Of a stretch of 64,000 nucleotides of DNA, positions 52,705 through 64,000 are shown piece after piece. Location: positions 51,220,609 to 51,284,608 of the forward strand of contig NC_068998.1 in assembly GCF_001194135.2 (NCBI RefSeq). The letters are read 5' to 3'. Position 1 is the stretch's first letter. Each line of letters starts with the position of its first letter. Position numbers and translations under genes: made by a program. Source of the DNA: Octopus bimaculoides. Lineage: Eukaryota. The notes under the pieces are model-generated. The model was not told the origin of the DNA, did not search any database, and saw only the letters and a list, made by a program, of their open reading frames with translations.

Positions 52705-53599
52705 GACCTTTCACACAAACACACACATAAGTATACTCGATAATAGGCGATGGATCAAGTAACTTTTAACACAGAGTGGTAGCACCTCGAGTCTTTCTAA
52801 AACAAAGCTGTAAAAAGCTTATCACGCTATTGTTGCTGTTCTGTTTGTATGGAGAGAACTTTACAACAACATTCTATCACAGAAATCGCATTTAATGACA
52901 CATAACGTAGGTATTGTCAAAACACCGATAGCAGTTCTGTGTCCACTATTTCCTAAAAAGCCTAATGGAATGTTGCATCATTGTTGATAGTACATATATT
53001 AGGTATCCATCAAACAGACATAAATATTTAGGTATGACACTGTATTATCCAAATATTTAATTATTTATCCAGATGTTGTATGAGTACCGTTTTTTAAATA
53101 CTTTCAAGAATCAAATCCATTATCGATTTGTAAAACGAGAATTCTTACTTCATCTGTTTACGCTATTGTAGATTTAATCGATCGTAAACTCTAAACAATT
53201 TCAAACGGAAAATTGGAGTTATGTGTAGGGATACCTATAAAAGCATGAAAGCATACAGATTTTGTAGAAATTATTCGTATTTTAAAATAGAAAATGTGTG
53301 TGCATGTTTGTGTGTATGCGTGTGATTTTGAAGTTCTTAGCCTTCTGTGCGTTAATTTAAATTTACGGTACTATATGTATGTGTGTATGCGTGTCACTGA
53401 ATATATACATGTATATACATATATAGAGATAATATAAATATATGTACATAAATACATGCATATCCATAAATATATATCATTCGAAGTGTTGAGTATTATA
53501 TATCCATCTGCCTGATCTTACCAATCGGTTTCGCGCGAGTCGTACAACGAAGTGTTAGGTAACAATCCGACCATATAAGCCTATGCTCATCAAAGGTAG

Positions 53600-53637
<38 letters not shown>

Positions 53638-54083
53638 ATAGGATATTATTGTTAATAATTTACAATAATATCAGTGGCTAGCATGCGTAAACGAACTATG
53701 AAGGCAAAATTAATAATTGATAACGAAGGGTACTACTTGTAGCACCCACATGCTGAAGATAGCAGTCAACATGACTCTAAACCAGTTTTAACTTGTACAT
53801 GATGGTGAAATTGAGGGAACGAGCAGTAGAATTTTAAGACCCCGTACCATAGACGAAAAGAATGGAAAATGAGAATCAGACACACCCATATGACCCATTC
53901 ACGAAGTTCGATATGACTGTGGTAAGGGTATGTAACATATGAAATATGTTCTATTTAAAAGATATATGAATATTGAAACATGTGTGTGTGTGGGTGTAGT
54001 TGTGTGTGTATATATCTGTTTGTATGTGCATATATATGTATACACTCATATATATGCATATCAAATTTCTCTCTCTCTCTCTG

Positions 54084-54150
<67 letters not shown>

Positions 54151-54180
54151 GTAATTTGAAATAAGAGTTATAGATGGATG

Positions 54181-54213
<33 letters not shown>

Positions 54214-54708
54214 GCAGGCAGACACAGACAGACACACATAGATAGATAGATAGATGAGGTTATAGGCACATCTCTTAAGAACACTCAAACGCTATTGCTT
54301 TACATCATCAGCGTTTTAAAATGAAAGACCGTAAAACTTGGGAATGTTTTCCAAATTAAACATAAATATATTGTTTCACTGATTTGATGATGAAATACAA
54401 AAATACGTTTGACATTAAGCCCGTAATTTAGCTCTAGGAAAGATTAAGTTGTCAACACATTATGTATTTAATATTTCTCTTTAAACCAACATGATGGCAG
54501 ATGTTCCTTCAGTGAGAAGTCGATGGAATTAGATGTTTTCCCTTACCTAAAATCTGCAAGTAAACAAAGAATTAGATTTTTCTTCCAATGATGGGTTCGA
54601 AATGACCTTGCTGTCATTCTTTTGTATGAAATAATATATCACAATAAAGCTAAATATAATTATTACACTTAGTGTTCGTTGAAGATGACTATCATAATCA
54701 TTCTGTAG

Positions 54709-54744
<36 letters not shown>

Positions 54745-55029
54745 CGGCTGCAACTCACTTCAAGTAACGCTATCGTTTGATGCAGTTTCCTAGCTTCCTA
54801 AAGGACAGAGCCTTTTGTACACATAGGAAGCGATGGCCACCTTCTGTAATAGGCGTTGGAATATTGTTTGATGACTCTTGATATGATATTTCAATTCGCC
54901 TTATCTCATGCATTTTTCCCCATTCGCAGCAAGTAGACATCCTGTACAATGCGTATGGTCACTTTGTAAAGCAAGCTTTGCTTACACAGGCAATCCAAGT
55001 TCGTTTCAAGCTAAATAGGGCTGTACTGC

Positions 55030-55123
<94 letters not shown>

Positions 55124-56419
55124 TTGTGAGTGAGGGTGCCGAAGAAACGATGCAAGAAATCAGATTTAAAAGCTCAGAAGCGCGCAACATGTACACCGTA
55201 CCAGGGGCGATATCTGGCTCGATGGAGTCTATAGGACTTCATTATTTTCCATTTATCAAATCCTTACTAAAGTTATTTGTTTTAGCACAAAAATTATTTT
55301 CTCGTAGTGTTTTATATTTTTTATCACTATTTTTCTTCTACAACTTTTTTATTGCTTTTTAAATAAGATCGAATATATTTAAGATATATATCGAAAGACT
55401 GCTAAATGGGAAAAATACGAACGAATTTATCTGACAAGCCAGTGAATAACTACATCTACGATAAATTTTTTTTATACATCTATGCATGTTTCTACTGGAG
55501 AATTTTGTTAATCCTGAACACAATCGATAAACATGAGCACTTTATGCTTGTTCCCCAAGATGTACCTGATTCTCGTTTTAAAAAACAAAAATGTTGATGC
55601 ATTTCTCAAACCACGAATATTAAAAAAATATTACTAATAACAATCCAGAGGGAGTTCATTTTATTTCAAATTGCATAATATTGTGAAATGGTTAATGGAG
55701 AAAAACAACTAAAATTGACTAAAGAGAAATCATCCATAATCAAAGCCAAAATACAAGGTTTTTAAAGTACTTCATTGTTGATTGCGCACATCGACACTGG
55801 CAAAGATGAAAGAAATGTTTTTACATATTAAGCAACGCATTATTTGTTGTCTAAAAGACTCTTTATATTATCTAATGCTTGAAAACACGCACACAGACTC
55901 ACTCATACATACATTCGTAGACACACTTTCCTCTGAATACTTTAAAAGATCGAACTATCTATCTGAAAAGCTTTTAGATCAATTGTACGCGCTGAGATAG
56001 AAAAACCTTTCTATTTTAGTTTATGTGGTATTTTTTCTGTTTTATTTATTTCATATTCTGTATTTTTTAAATTTAATCTTTCAATAAAATCAACCGTTGT
56101 TCCTCCACTGGTGGATTAAGGCCTTTTATTTTCTGCGTATGCTGTCAGTGGCCAGCTCGAAGAGATGTATCAGATGAGATTGTTGGTCCCTTGAGTAGCG
56201 GACAGATAATCCCTAAGTCACAGATCAAAGCCTAACTCTACCAACAAGCAGTAGGCTTGCACACTATAATAGAGCTGGAGCTCCTTAACTGTGTTCTGTG
56301 TATATATTTTATTGATGTACATCACTGAACTATGTATACAACGTATGCACTTTTATATCGGTCAAAGAGATGCTTCTAGTTTATGTATTCTTCCAGTTTC
56401 GTTGTATTATATATGACAG

Positions 56420-56469
<50 letters not shown>

Positions 56470-56501
56470 ACCAATAATGTTGGTTTTAAATTTTGTCACG
56501 A

Positions 56502-56688
56502 GGCTGGCAAGTTCAACAGAGGGATTACGTCGATTATACTGAGCCCATTGCTCAACTTATTTTATCTACCCCGAAAGGATGAAAGGCAAAGTCGAACCAC
56601 AGCAGAATTTGAACTGAAAATGTAAATACGGACGAAATGCCACTAAGCATTTTATCCGAGGTGCTAACGATTCTACTAAGTGGCCGCC
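56502..56688 (-). mobile_element. SINE family B
   Basis: The plus strand reads accccgaaaggatgaaaggcaaagtcga...gaatttgaact...gctaacgattct...ggccgcc. Confidence 0.85.
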
Positions 56689-57814
56689 TTAATGATAACG
56701 ATGTTTTTGTTTTTTAATTTAAGCAATATTTAAAACACTTGTTGCATTGCCACCATAAATACTAAAGGTATGATTCACACCACACTGTATGTCTTGATTC
56801 GGTTTTTAGAATCATTTAAAATTTCGAAGACCCTTCCTTTACGCAACTTGTCATTGCCATTCGTAACGTGCCATCTCACAATGAGTGTAACATCGGTTAA
56901 GTAAACATTCTTAGGTGTTATTTACAAAGTGCATGTTTTATTAATCCAGTTTGGAATAACATTGTTGCTAAGGCTAGTGAACGGCTTTTAGAGAATATAG
57001 TTACTAGTGAAAATTAATCCCCTATTAAGGAATATTATTATCTTATTATTATCTTCAATAGCTTCCAAATCTTTCCTCGTTTCTACGTCACCAAACTTTT
57101 CACACTATGGCGTGGGGAGGGAACTATTTGAGCGGTTGGTTCCTTGTTTTCTAGTCTCCGTCTAACTTTTCAGCTTTTATGATCGAAGACGAGGTGATAT
57201 CTGTTTGTTGGCTCCAGGCAAAAACGAACTTGTTTTTGCTACATACTACTATCATTCAGTTCTTATTTCATCCAGATGAACCGTAAATAGCATTCACCTG
57301 GTGCTAGTAATGTTACCAAAGGTTAATCCTGGCTTTGCACATTTGCTGCTAGAATTGATAAGTTCAGAATAATCTTCACTCGGCAAAATGTTCTTGTATT
57401 TATGAGCGTTGTTATTGTTCGCATTTACTCAGTGAACGCTCAGTATCATATTACCTCTCACAGCTAAATATCTTTCTTACGAGATGTTTACGTCTTGCAG
57501 TGCAGCTAAATTTTCTTGTTCTTTATGGTCTACGTAATCTCATTCTGTTGATTGACAAGGTGTGAGACATAGTGTCTCTGGCACGAAATCAACTTGGATT
57601 GAGTGTCAACACAAATAAAATTATGTTCAAAACCTTGTTTCTCACTCGGTATGTGAGAGCAATGCAGGTTAACGTGCTAAGATTTCTCTGAAGGTCTCAT
57701 TTTAAAAAATGTTTTCCAGTTTTATTTGGTAAATGTCCAAATTTTCCTGAGCGATTAAATCACATGGTTGGATGCGCCAATAATAATAGTAATAATAATA
57801 ATAATAAGAAGAAG

Positions 57815-58106
57815 AATCTCTGATCGCAAACAGCATTAGTGGGGTAGCATCATAGCCATGTGTTAAAAGGGATTCTTTGAGGTTTGAATACTTCACCCCT
57901 GGAGACATGGATATTTCGTTTAGCATCCTTAAGTAAGTCTTATTCATGGACCTTTTCAGCAAGGACATTCGCTGTTTATCTTGGTATGAGGTCAGCATGT
58001 CACGCACACATGGTTGTGATGCGTGTGACTGGTGTACCCTTGTCAGATGGGTAGACATGATGGGTATAATGGGCTTCGTATATTTGTACTCCAGTGTCAC
58101 TTTGAT
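57815..58106. mobile_element. Fragment of interspersed repeat family G
   Basis: Non-microsatellite sequence bounded by (AAT)n/(GAA)n and a SINE, overlapping the end of the 13790 fragment. I recall it as an abundant octopus repeat that yields spurious ORFs such as 57702..58100. Confidence 0.5.
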
Positions 58107-58300
58107 GGCACACCGGGTAAAATGCCTAGCGCTATTTCGTCCGCCGTTCGTTCTGAATTCAAATTGCGCCGGGTTCGACGTTGAATTTTATTCACTCGGG
58201 GTCGATAACATAAGTACCAGATGATAATTAGGGTTGATGTAATCGACTTGCCCCATCCCCATGAATTCCACAACTTGTGGCTGTAGTAGAAATGTTTCTT
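58107..58300 (+). mobile_element. SINE family B, 5' slightly truncated
   Basis: caccgggtaaaatgcctagcgctatttcg...ggggtcgataacataagtaccag...gatgtaatcgact. Confidence 0.8.
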
Positions 58301-58805
58301 CTTCTTCTTCTTTTTCTTCTTCTTCTTCTTATTATCATAGCAACAACAACACTAAAATACTTACGAACGTCTAGGAAGATCATAAAGTATTACACGTGAT
58401 ATTGACTGAACATGATAATAACTAAAGGAAATGTGAAAAGAAAATAACTGACAGGATTGGTTGTCGGCGCCTTTGAATGCTTAGAGATAGATCATTGTTC
58501 TGCGAAGCCATATATCATTGTGTCATGTATTACAGATACGAAATAAAATAGGTTACCGAAGGAAGACATTCAATTGCGCCTAATCAAAATGATGTCATTG
58601 ATACAACAGGAAAATCTGTGAAAGTGTAAACAGCGAATATATGTGGTGTCTGAAAAGCAAATAAATAAAATACTCTCAAGACATAATATAATGATAGGCG
58701 CGTTGGCAAAGGTACGACGAGACGTTACTAATGAAACTCTCAAAGTAGGGCAGGTCAGTACCGAGATACTATAGAACACATATGTAATCTTTTAATTTTT
58801 ATAAG

Positions 58806-59040
58806 TTTCAGTCATTTATTTGCGGCTGGGTAAATCCCGCTTGAAGGGTTTTAGTCAAATAAATCGACACCAATACTAACGACTTTTTAAGGAGTAGAAC
58901 ATTATCAGTCGGTCTTTTTGCCGAACCGGTAACTTGCAGTTCTACACAAAGAAATACCTGTTGCTAAGCGCCGGTGAGGTAACAAATAGAGACAAAAAGA
59001 GATAGACAGACACACATACACAGACACACATACACATACA
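58806..59040 (-). mobile_element. SINE family C, degenerate 3' half
   Basis: gtttcagtcattt...ttagtcaaataaatcgac...tcggtctttttgccgaaccg. Confidence 0.7.
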
Positions 59041-60346
59041 CGGACATACACACACATATGTATGTATATATAAATTATTAAGTTGGCTATTCGCAATTTA
59101 CAACGGAAAGGCAACAAGTAGAGTCGTCACTAAAGGGAGGGAGAGTGCTTGTCAGCACCAGCATTGCTAGAAATAAGAGTCAAAACAACTCTTAGCCACG
59201 TGAGAGCACTTTTCTAACGACTGACAAGGGAGACAGTCTCCCTCCCTACGGCAAGTGACATGGAGTCATATCAGCGCTGAATTCAGATTTGATTAATCTT
59301 CATCTGTGACCCATTACCCCGTCGCTGAGGGCTGAAGAATTTAAGTCACCTTGTCAGTCTTTTAGAGAACAGCATAGGAAACATTGAATGATTTCGAAAA
59401 TGGTGAAATGAGAATTATAAATCATTAAGGTGGATATATATGTGTGTGTGTGTGTGTGTGTTTAAGCATAATGCACACTCACTCACACACAGGCAAAAAC
59501 ACACACCCAAATATGCAAACATACATGCATTCAGCATCAGCGATATATTTATTAGGAGAAAGACTGAAAGTGTGTAGTTAATATATAGAGAGAGGATGAA
59601 AGTTTCCAATTATGTAGACTGATAGACAGAAGAATCTTTGCTGTTCCTGAAAATTTTCAGATTTTTAATATCGATGTATCGATGTAATTTTTGACGCTGA
59701 ATCCAATTCTGTGATTCATTTATTCCATAAAACTTTCAGATAAATGTTACTGTTTGATAATTTTTGGCCAATTAGAGAACAAGATTTTGAATGCTAGCAT
59801 TTCCTGCGTGATAGCTGTCTGTCACAAAATGAAAACAGAAACATCACGTCTACGAAGTTTTAAAGAAAATGAAAACAAAACATTGCGACGACAAAAGTTG
59901 TAAGAAATTTTAAGAAATTTTGATAAGTTTTAATGAACGAAGTCAAGTGAAACGGTCGAACAAGTATGTAAATGATTAACATTGAGACAGACAGGCGCTC
60001 TTGATGTTGCATTATATATTATCTCAAGAGAAATAGGAAAAAGCTGCTTGCGTGAGTATACAGAGATAGATTGATAAAGAGTGTGGTAAATATAGTGAGA
60101 GAAGAATAGGCATAAAAGAGAGGGAGTGAGATAGATACAGATAGAGAGAGCGAGAGAGAGGGATAGAGAGAGATGGTGATCTAAATGTGGAGCTGTTTCT
60201 CGATGCAAATTTTATTTTTCTCCTTCCGTCGCAGATTTCGAAAATCCGTTTTTCTCGAGGACGCACCCTTCCGGAGCCTTTCTGTGATATTCACGTATGC
60301 ATACACACATACACTCTCATGTATATAGTATATAACTACATACATA

Positions 60347-60403
<57 letters not shown>

Positions 60404-60407
<4 letters not shown>

Positions 60408-60492
60408 AAAGGCATTTGGCCTAGATTCCACGCTGATGGACTGAACCCAGAAGCATATGGCGGAAAGCGAACTTCTTGCCACACAAACACTC
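60404..60492 (-). mobile_element. SINE family C head, degenerate
   Basis: ccacgctgatggactgaacccagaagcatatgg...cttcttgccacac. Confidence 0.55.
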
Positions 60493-60845
60493 CGTCGCCT
60501 AACGGAGAAACAACATGACGTGGGTAACCTATTCATATCGCACTTTGGCTTCACAAAATATTTGCATCAGGTTAGGTTTTAGCGTTTCCTGCTTTTAATA
60601 AGTTAACACTAAATGGACTATTATGATGGTTAGTGAGGAAGAAGTCCTACAGTAGTGTGTCATATAGACCACAAGATTAGAAATAGTAGCAGGACACATG
60701 GAATTATCTGCTGGTTTAAATATTGAGGGAGTACCGTAATATTATTTGATATTCACTCCTAACGGAAAGAACAATGACAAATTAACCAAACATTCTTTCA
60801 TTCATAACGTTTTGCACTATATACATACCACATTCCCATGCATAC

Positions 60846-60878
<33 letters not shown>

Positions 60879-61381
60879 AATGTCTCTGTGTGTCTACATA
60901 TTTGTATGTGAGTATATGCGTGCTTGTATGTAAGTATATATCTGTTGTGTGTGTGAATGCATTTTTGTACGCATATGTAAGCATATACATCTGTCTCTGT
61001 CTCTCTTTCTCTCTCTTTCTCTCTCTCTCTCTCTTATTCTCTGTTTTGTTTCTCATCATCTCTTTGTGTCTATTTTTCAGTCTGATATTTTCATCTCAAT
61101 TTCTATAGGCCTAATTAAGCTATATTTACAAGTATCTTTTATTATATGAACGGAGCTCTTCAGACTGAAATTGACCTTCTTTAAAATTAATATTTATGAA
61201 GTAATAAAGCGATATATCTACATTCTTTGTCGAGAGGAAGACTGAGTCTCTTATTGACCAAATGACATGAGGTTGCTGAGGCATTTTGCATAGGCGCAGG
61301 TATGGCTGTTTGGTTTAAAAAAACTGCTTTGCGGCTACGGAATTTCGGGGTTTTTTTCCCAATTTGTGGCAGCTTTGGCAA

Positions 61382-61730
61382 GTGGCCTCTACTGTAACTC
61401 CGGGTTAACTGAGGCATGGCGTGCTGATTTGGTAGACGGAAACTGTGTAGAAGTCCGTCGTACATACAGCATAGATACATATGTATATGTGGTAAGAATT
61501 TTGCTTCCTAACCACATGGTACTGTGTTCAGTCCCACTGTATGCACCTTCGGCAAGTGTCTTCTATATATTATCGGGGCGATCAAAGCCTTGTTAGTGGA
61601 TTTGGTCGGGACAAACTGAAAGAATCCCGTCATACGTATTTGTGTATCTATGTGTGTGTGTGTGTATATTTGTTTCTGTGTTCGTCCTCCCCCACCGCTT
61701 GGTACTGGGATTGATCCACGCGACTAAGAT
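61382..61730 (+). mobile_element. Two tandem SINE family C pieces
   Basis: atttggtagacggaaactg (61430s), then gtggtaagaattttgcttcctaaccacatgg...gcaagtgtcttcta...gtggatttgg...ctgaaagaatcccgtc. Confidence 0.8.
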
Positions 61731-61799
61731 TGCAAGGTGGTAAACCAACATGACCTCCAAAATTGATGGCCTTGTGCCAAAATCTGAAGCCAATATTTA

Positions 61800-61979
61800 A
61801 GACGGCTTAGCGGCATTTCTTCCGGCTCTTTACGTTTCGAGTTCAACTCATCTTTGTCTTCCATCCCTTTTTTGAGGGGCGGGGGCGATAAAACAACCAC
61901 CAGTCAAACACTGACGTTGGTGTTATTGACTATCCTTCTTTCTCAACATTTCAAGCATTGTACATGTAGAAGAAAGAAC

Positions 61980-62015
<36 letters not shown>
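61800..62015 (+). mobile_element. SINE family B, degenerate, with (TAT)n tail
   Basis: gcttagcggcatttc...ttacgtttcgagttcaa...cgataaaacaaccaccagtc, then (TAT)n. Confidence 0.65.
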
Positions 62016-62016
<1 letters not shown>

Positions 62017-62025
62017 TACATATAA

Positions 62026-62250
62026 GGCGGCGAGCTGGCAGAATCGTTAGCACGCCGGGCGAAATGCTTAGCGGTATTTCGTCTGCCGCTACGTTCTGAG
62101 TTCAAATACCTCTGAGGTCGACTTTGCCTTTCATCCTTTCGGAGGTCGATAAATCAAGTACCAGTGAAACGCTGCGATCGATGTAATCGACTCTTCACCT
62201 CCCTGCAAAATGACTACCCTTGTAGCAAAATTTTAAACCATTATTATGAT
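62026..62250 (+). mobile_element. SINE family B, well preserved
   Basis: ggcggcgagctggcagaatcgttagcacgccgggcgaaatgcttagcggtatttcg...gaggtcgactttgcctttcatcctttcgg...gtcgataaatcaagtaccag. Confidence 0.92.
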
Positions 62251-64000
62251 CAATACTGCCCTAGCTATGACGGCTGAGCATATATTTCAAAGAATGGATG
62301 AAAACTAGTTGTAGGAATTAGTTCCATTCTTATATATTGTTAGCTCCAACCTCATAGGAGATCAAATCCTACTTTTCCTCACCTTAGGGGTCATTCGATT
62401 AATTAAGTGCAAATTGTGTAACAGAGCTAATTGAATTAACTGACCATAGCGCTGTCAACACATCCATCACCACCATCACCATCACCGCTGCATGAACATG
62501 CCTGAGGCCTTGTTACTATTATGATAAAATTATTTTCAGCAATCGACAAAATGTGTTGGTAGAAAGGAAAAAAAAAAAAAGAAAGGGCTCAAACAGATCA
62601 ATGAAAAATGATTGAACCAATATATTTTAAAGAACGTCATATCGACAGGAAATTGAAGCTGAGATGAAATGAAAGGGTTAATGCAAAACCGTTAGTTATC
62701 TCCAGCTGCTTTAAATAACGAGACATTTCAACTGTTGAACTTTTCGTGTAACTGACCCAGGTAATAAAGTTTGCAGTAGGGGAATGAATATTATTCTTTC
62801 TTCCTCTCTTTCTTTATGCCTCTCTCTATTTCTCTTTCTTTTTCTGTCCTCCTCTTTGTATGCGATTTCTGTTGCAAAGGAAATGTTTTACTTTGTTGCA
62901 TTGGTAAGAGAGCAAACAGTCAGACAGTGAGGAATGTATTTGAGTCTCTCGACTTTTTTTTTTATATCATTTTATTCATTATTTTTTTAACTCTTGCATT
63001 CTTTTTTTTTTGTTTTGTTTTCTGCAATTAAAATTTTACTAAAGCTTCACATTTAAACGATGTACACTTTGGAATGAATTCAAAGTGTTGGAGCCGAAAT
63101 CAAAACAATGAAATGATACATGCGAAATATGGGAGAAGAACAAGACGAAGGGAAAATATAAGGCATAAAATTAACAAATAAGAAGAGATAACAAATCTGG
63201 GAACAAACGTGCAGAATACATATGGTAGCAAAAAGGCAACAAATACGGAGAGAGAACATGAAACATGGTAAACAGAGGATAATACGTGATAATAGAGAGA
63301 AATCAAGAAATGCAACGAAATAACATCAACACAAAACAAGAAGAACTTTGAGAAAGGAATAAAGCACGATGCAAAAACAAAAAAAAAACATGTATGAAGA
63401 CCAGGTGTTTATATTGAGAAAAGTTTAAATCAGAAGACAACACTGAAAGATGATTTGGTGCTCCAAATATATACGGGGTACATGGTTTGCAATTAACGCA
63501 ATCCGTTTTCTCGCACATGAACAAAGGCAATCTTCAAAAATAATGAATCAATGTTATGGATATAAATATGACAATTATTACAATAGTAGAAAGCTTCCTT
63601 GCTTGCCTCGCTACGTTACGTGGTGAGCTGTTCAACTTAAATTTCCGATCTTACCGCTCTGTTTGTTTGCTCCAAATCACCTGAAGCGAGCAGACTTTTG
63701 TCATGGTGTACTTTAAGAATTAATCAATAAAATGCAGCTGAAACAGGTGTTGTGAATGTTAAAACACATTTGCCTTCTTCTTCTTCTTCTTCTATACAAA
63801 TGGGACAGAATTTATTGTTTAACGAAACGGGAAGGTAGTATTTTTGTATGTATCTATACATAAATGAACGTAGAAACACAAAAGTAAGTCTGCACTTTAC
63901 AAATATTATCGTAGAATAGTTTTATTGTGAAAATATATTTGTCTATGCATTTGCAAGTTAAATTTGACATACATAACACAAATACAAAACAGAGAGAAGA

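Noticed and set aside
57702-58100. 132-aa minus-strand ORF
   Set aside because: It lies in an interspersed repeat fragment and runs into a poly-Y microsatellite.

Overview
This is an AT-rich eukaryotic draft-assembly window with ten N gaps, most of them abutting microsatellites. It holds no prokaryotic genes, rRNA, intact tRNA or CRISPR array, and I found no protein-coding gene I can support. Almost every listed ORF is a translation of a microsatellite, an N gap or a decayed transposon. The repeat families resemble those I recall from octopus (coleoid cephalopod) genomes; that assignment is an inference and was not checked against a database. The window is intergenic or deep-intronic DNA containing: at least four tRNA-derived SINE families (labelled A-D here); 3' fragments of CR1/L2-group LINEs; mariner and Tc1 transposase remnants, including a small mariner derivative with both TIRs; a Helitron-like non-autonomous element; a foldback element with a TTAGGG hairpin at its centre; and a decayed Penelope-like element with a GIY-YIG remnant and a degenerate minimal hammerhead ribozyme motif. 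The best leads are the Penelope/hammerhead unit and two further hammerhead-like motifs, the telomeric foldback, head-to-tail SINE arrays in (ATT)n tails, an exact 33-bp inverted copy 1 kb away, a highly structured element at 59.1-59.4 kb, and a few splice-signal candidates. I do not see a clearly new biological system.
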